DNA from: an uncultured Chroococcidiopsis sp.
Lineage (GTDB): Bacteria > Cyanobacteriota > Cyanobacteriia > Cyanobacteriales > Chroococcidiopsidaceae
Direction: 5' to 3'
Length of the DNA stretch: 64,000 nt
Assembly (NCBI GenBank): GCA_964248365.1
Contig: CAXTYC010000029.1
Coordinates: 1-64,000, forward strand
The translations under genes were made by a program, and so were the position numbers. Shown here in pieces: positions 59,985 to 64,000 of this stretch. The notes below the pieces were generated by a model that did no database searches, had not been told where the DNA came from, and saw nothing but the letters and a program-made list of their open reading frames with translations. Every line of letters starts with the position of its first letter. Position 1 is the stretch's first letter.

Positions 59985-60851
59985 TCATCCCCCGATCGCA
60001 CTAAACGTCGCCCCCTCAAATGCAGTGTTAATCGAAACTTCTTTCCAGGCATCAAGTTCTACTTTAACTGACTTAAGCTTCTCATCGATCCCATTAACAG
60101 CATCCTCTCCTAAAGCCAATCTCAAAGGCGGATTGTCGCTTTCAACCGCTTCGATCATCGCTTGGGCTGCTTTGTCTGGATCGCCTGGTTGCTTGCCGTC
60201 ATTTTCCCGAAGCCACTGAAGCATTTTACCACTGATAGGAGCGTAGTCGTCGATCAGTTGGTCTGGTGCTGCAAGAGATCGACCGTTAAAGTCGGTGCGG
60301 AAAGCACCTGGCTCAATGATTGTCACTTTAATCCCCAAGGGCGCTACTTCCTTGGATAGTGCCTCAGACAGTCCTTCTAGAGCAAATTTCGTTGCGCAGT
60401 AGATTCCACTTGCAGGGAAAGATACAAAGCCGCCTACAGAGGAGAGATTGAGAATGTGTCCACCGCCCTGCTTTCGCATGGCAGGAAGAACTGCCCGCAT
60501 CATATTAAGCGCTCCAAAAACATTAGTATCAAACTGGCGGTGAATGTCATTGTCGCTGACTTCTTCGATCGCGCCAATTGTGCCATAGCCAGCATTATTT
60601 ACCAGCACATCAATCCGTCCAAATGCATCAAGGGCAGCTTTCACCGCATCTTGGACATCCTGCGGATTAGTCACGTCGAGGCGCACGGCTTTTGCACTGG
60701 GGGGGTATTGGTCAATTAAGTCACTTAGTTGCTCTGGTTTACGAGCAGTAGCAACTACACAATATCCTTTTTTTAGCACGGCTGAGGTGAGCGATCGTCC
60801 GAACCCTGTGGAGCTACCTGTAATCAGCCAAACTTTTGTGTTATCAGCCAT
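59985..60851 (-). CDS. SDR oxidoreductase
   Basis: WLITGSSTGFG, NNAGYG, YCATK, EPGAFRT and PGDP motifs. Confidence 0.9.
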   Translation of the reverse strand: MADNTKVWLITGSSTGFGRSLTSAVLKKGYCVVATARKPEQLSDLIDQYPPSAKAVRLDVTNPQDVQDAVKAALDAFGRIDVLVNNAGYGTIGAIEEVSDNDIHRQFDTNVFGALNMMRAVLPAMRKQGGGHILNLSSVGGFVSFPASGIYCATKFALEGLSEALSKEVAPLGIKVTIIEPGAFRTDFNGRSLAAPDQLIDDYAPISGKMLQWLRENDGKQPGDPDKAAQAMIEAVESDNPPLRLALGEDAVNGIDEKLKSVKVELDAWKEVSINTAFEGATFSAIGG

Positions 60852-60973
60852 GATGAATCTCCTTTGAAAACGAGTTAGATTACGAACAATGCAGTAACTA
60901 CGGATATTTACCAAATGCTATGTTCATGTATGGGTTGCGATCGCCACTTTTGCTATGCCATATCTTTAATCCA

Positions 60974-62047
60974 TTAGAAACTATTCGATGGAACAACAAC
61001 AGAATACTCAAGCCCCCTAAGTGTTGCAGCTTTAGAGATGGCATCACTGATACACTCCAGCGGGAAGACATGGGTTTTAATTGCCTTTAAGTCCAGTGTG
61101 CCAGCCGCAATCATGCGCAACAAATCGCCAGGTGCGTGACGCGGATACATGAACGCACCCCTAATTGTCAACTCCGAGAGCATAACGCGAAGATAAGGTA
61201 AGGGAATTTCTGCCTCAACGCCACCAATGAAAACGGCTGTTCCGCCTGGACGCAGTGCATTGATACAGGCAAGTACAGGATCAGGGGTTTTCACTGCGCC
61301 AAGACAATCTAGCACAACATCTGCCCCACCACTTGCAGCTTTGACAAGCTCAACATCGTCGTCATTGCCTGCAAGAGCAACGCTTGTGACTCGCCCCGCG
61401 TCAAGTTGAATCAACGTGTCAAGCGTTTCTTGGTTGCGACCAACAGCTACGACTTTGGCAGCGCCCATTGCCAGCGCTACCAACACAGCAGAAGCTCCAA
61501 GGCAACCAGTTGCCCCGTTGACTATCAGCGTCTGACCAGGACGTATCTCACTGCGTAGCAAACCGCCGTAAGCGATAGTTAAAAAGTTCAGGCTTGCCAA
61601 AGTCGTCGGCTCAATATCAGCAGCCTTTCCCAAAGGCGTTAGACACTCGGCAGGGTAACAAACCTTTTCGGCAAATGTGCCGTCGCGCCACAACTGCTGA
61701 AGAGGTGCAGAGTTTGGTGTTAATGCGGTGATACCGATGAGGATTTTGTCGGAGTTAGCACCGATGGTTTTAGATGCCATGTCAATGTCGCAGAATACCT
61801 TCTGCCCTAACTCCAATCCGAACACATCATCAGCAACGGCTTCCACCACACCGATCGCACCTGGACCTGGAATGAAGGGCAGGGGCATCACGTAGTAGTC
61901 TAACTTACCCGATACAATGCCGCTCATAAAGTTTGGAACATGGGAAGCAAGAATCCTAACAATAGCACCACCAGGTTTCAAAGCAGGTGAGGCAACTTCT
62001 TCAACTTTGAGTGGTGTTCCGACTTGGTAAAGACGTGCAGCTTTCAT
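60974..62047 (-). CDS. Alcohol dehydrogenase-family (MDR) protein
   Basis: GroES-like N-terminus, DGTFAEK, YGGL and NGATGCLG motifs; no GHE zinc motif. Confidence 0.82.
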   Translation of the reverse strand: MKAARLYQVGTPLKVEEVASPALKPGGAIVRILASHVPNFMSGIVSGKLDYYVMPLPFIPGPGAIGVVEAVADDVFGLELGQKVFCDIDMASKTIGANSDKILIGITALTPNSAPLQQLWRDGTFAEKVCYPAECLTPLGKAADIEPTTLASLNFLTIAYGGLLRSEIRPGQTLIVNGATGCLGASAVLVALAMGAAKVVAVGRNQETLDTLIQLDAGRVTSVALAGNDDDVELVKAASGGADVVLDCLGAVKTPDPVLACINALRPGGTAVFIGGVEAEIPLPYLRVMLSELTIRGAFMYPRHAPGDLLRMIAAGTLDLKAIKTHVFPLECISDAISKAATLRGLEYSVVVPSNSF

Positions 62048-62166
62048 ATAAAGTCTTCTTTGGCTCAATCTAACTGGTTTTGACCGGAATTTTTCAGCTA
62101 GTCTTGCAATTTAGCTCTTGGCAGTTCAATACTTATGATCCTTGACAAGTAGCGGCATCTGGTGCT

Positions 62167-63888
62167 TTATGCGATCGCCATAGTTATCTTTTTATCTTCA
62201 TCTCGTGTTGCAGGCGATAATCCACCTACTGCACGGCGAATTCGATAGAGACTTGTAATTCCTGTAAGATAAAGGGTTTTGTAGTCCGGATCGCCCCAAG
62301 TAAGGTTTGTAATTACTTCGGGCGCGTAGATGCGATCTGTTAACTCACCGCTGCGGTCGAATACCCAAACTCCTAATGGTCCAGCACAATAGATGTTTTC
62401 TTCTGCGTCCACCGTAATGCCGTCTGCACCCCAATCATTGGGTTCGCCTGTCATTTGGGCAAAGATGCGATCGCTCTCTAACGTTCCATCTGGATTCACA
62501 TCGAAACAGTCAATGGTACGCGCTTGGGTGTCGTTGACGTAGCAATGCTGCTCATCTGGCGAGAAAACTAGTCCGTTAGGTAGTTGCAGATCTCGAATGA
62601 CAAGAGAAAGTTTTCCGTCAGGCGAGATTTTATAAACGCCATTGAAAGCAAGTTCTTTACCTTCACTCATATTCGGCAGACCATAAGGCGGATCGCTGAA
62701 ATAGATCGTGCCGTCGCTGCGAATCGCCAAATCATTAGGGCTATTGAGACGCTTTCCCTCAAACTGTTCTGCTAGCGTGACAAGCCCATCTTTCTCGATG
62801 CGAGTAATTCGACGCTGTGCATTGTCACAGATTACCAAACGTCCTTGCGGATCGAATGCTAAACCACTCGGCTTTCCCGCAGGAGTGCGAAACACTTCTA
62901 GTTTGTCATCTGGTAGCAGCTGATGAATGGCATCTGCTTGAGTATCGCAAAATAGTAAATAGCCTCGTGGATTGTAAACAGGTCCTTCTCCAAATGTGAA
63001 GCCTGTAGCTACTTGTTCAACGTTGAAGAAATCTGAGCCGCGCCCCTTGGCTATATCCCGCGCAAATCGATCAAAAGAGGTAGGTGCTTTTTTGGTTACA
63101 TCCTCCACATCGCTGGTGACTGGCGCACCTGCACCCCTCGCCCATAGCCCAAAAAGTTCAAGTTCTGCATCCAAATACCACTCTGGTTCTCCACCTGCCA
63201 GCCTTGCCTGTTTTAGGTCTGACGGTGAAACATTCATATAGGCAACAGGTCGATTCAGTGCCTGCGAGAGTTTTTGAGCCACTTCGTTGAAAGTAAGAGC
63301 TTCCAATCCAGTCAAGACGTAGCGTTTATTTTCGTGTCCTGACTGAGTTAAACAAATCGCTGCGACTGTTGCAACATCTCGCGCATCTACATGAGAAATT
63401 TTGGCATCGCCCACTGTTGAAAAGATAGAACCTTGTTCGGCAATGGTTTTAGCAAACCACTTAACATTCTGCATTAGCATATTTGGTTGCAGCAATGTCC
63501 ATGCTATACCAGAGTCTTCTAGTCGCTTCTCTACCTGCCCATGCCAGCGTTGAAAAGTACTTGATGAGTTTGGGTCAGCACCTAGTACGGAAAGCTTGAC
63601 AATATGACGCACACCCCTTCGCCACGCCGCATCCACAAAGTTTGATTCCATTTCTACCTGGCGTGGGTCATTGCCTGTCACTAGAAATGCTTTTTCCACA
63701 CCTTGTAGGGCACTGTGGAGGGTGTCCAGATGCAGAAAGTCACCTTGGACAATCTCAACTGTTTGTTCTTTGAAACCAAATGCTTTCTTGGGGCGAACCA
63801 AGGCGCGTACTGGGACATTTATGCTTAAAAGTTGTTTGATAACTTCACTGCCAATGGTTCCAGTTGCTCCGGTGATGAGAATCGTCAT
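62167..63888 (-). CDS. Fusion of an NmrA/atypical SDR domain and an SMP-30/gluconolactonase domain
   Basis: ITGATGTIG...VDARDVA N-terminal half; EGP, LNSPNDL, FSDPPYG, PNGL, ADG and TNLTWG C-terminal half; one continuous frame. Confidence 0.85.
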   Translation of the reverse strand: MTILITGATGTIGSEVIKQLLSINVPVRALVRPKKAFGFKEQTVEIVQGDFLHLDTLHSALQGVEKAFLVTGNDPRQVEMESNFVDAAWRRGVRHIVKLSVLGADPNSSSTFQRWHGQVEKRLEDSGIAWTLLQPNMLMQNVKWFAKTIAEQGSIFSTVGDAKISHVDARDVATVAAICLTQSGHENKRYVLTGLEALTFNEVAQKLSQALNRPVAYMNVSPSDLKQARLAGGEPEWYLDAELELFGLWARGAGAPVTSDVEDVTKKAPTSFDRFARDIAKGRGSDFFNVEQVATGFTFGEGPVYNPRGYLLFCDTQADAIHQLLPDDKLEVFRTPAGKPSGLAFDPQGRLVICDNAQRRITRIEKDGLVTLAEQFEGKRLNSPNDLAIRSDGTIYFSDPPYGLPNMSEGKELAFNGVYKISPDGKLSLVIRDLQLPNGLVFSPDEQHCYVNDTQARTIDCFDVNPDGTLESDRIFAQMTGEPNDWGADGITVDAEENIYCAGPLGVWVFDRSGELTDRIYAPEVITNLTWGDPDYKTLYLTGITSLYRIRRAVGGLSPATRDEDKKITMAIA

Positions 63889-64000
63889 AGTGTTTTCTCC
63901 TTTTTCGCCACTGGGGTTTAATTTCAACAACTGGAGTTGAATAAGTAATTATCTCACTAAGTCCACAGAAGAGTAACCTAGAAAAATAGCTAGGTAGCAC

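Overview
Cyanobacterial chromosomal segment (dense HIP1 GCGATCGC octamers, heptamer STRRs, GTAG-type REP-like hairpins, and cyanobacteria-specific genes such as ycf29, DUF2555 and cyanoexosortase A). 1-24 kb is mostly housekeeping: ppgK, decayed Uma2 genes, a Cas4-like nuclease, recJ, ctpB, ycf29, murG, a lysozyme, an ankyrin protein and a degenerate serine recombinase. Inside it sits an unexplained two-gene unit (4.2-6.2 kb) of Gly/Ser/Asn-rich proteins with NPF motifs and a GxxN heptad array, bracketed by palindromes. 25-34 kb is a hopanoid locus: hpnA-hpnH-hpnJ-ferritin-like-hpnK, a PvdE/YojI-type exporter and squalene synthase. 34-38 kb is a decay zone with an IS630 relic carrying a nested insert, an IS1 scrap and a dead phosphonate/selenate-type ABC system. 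38.6-42 kb is a PEP-CTERM/cyanoexosortase A system, followed by coaBC. 44.5-64 kb is a co-oriented minus-strand island of oxidoreductases and hydrolases with a second zwf-gnd pair, a glycogen-debranching enzyme, an NmrA-gluconolactonase fusion and many deletion or frameshift relics. No rRNA, tRNA or CRISPR array was seen. All calls come from motif recognition by eye; no searches were run.
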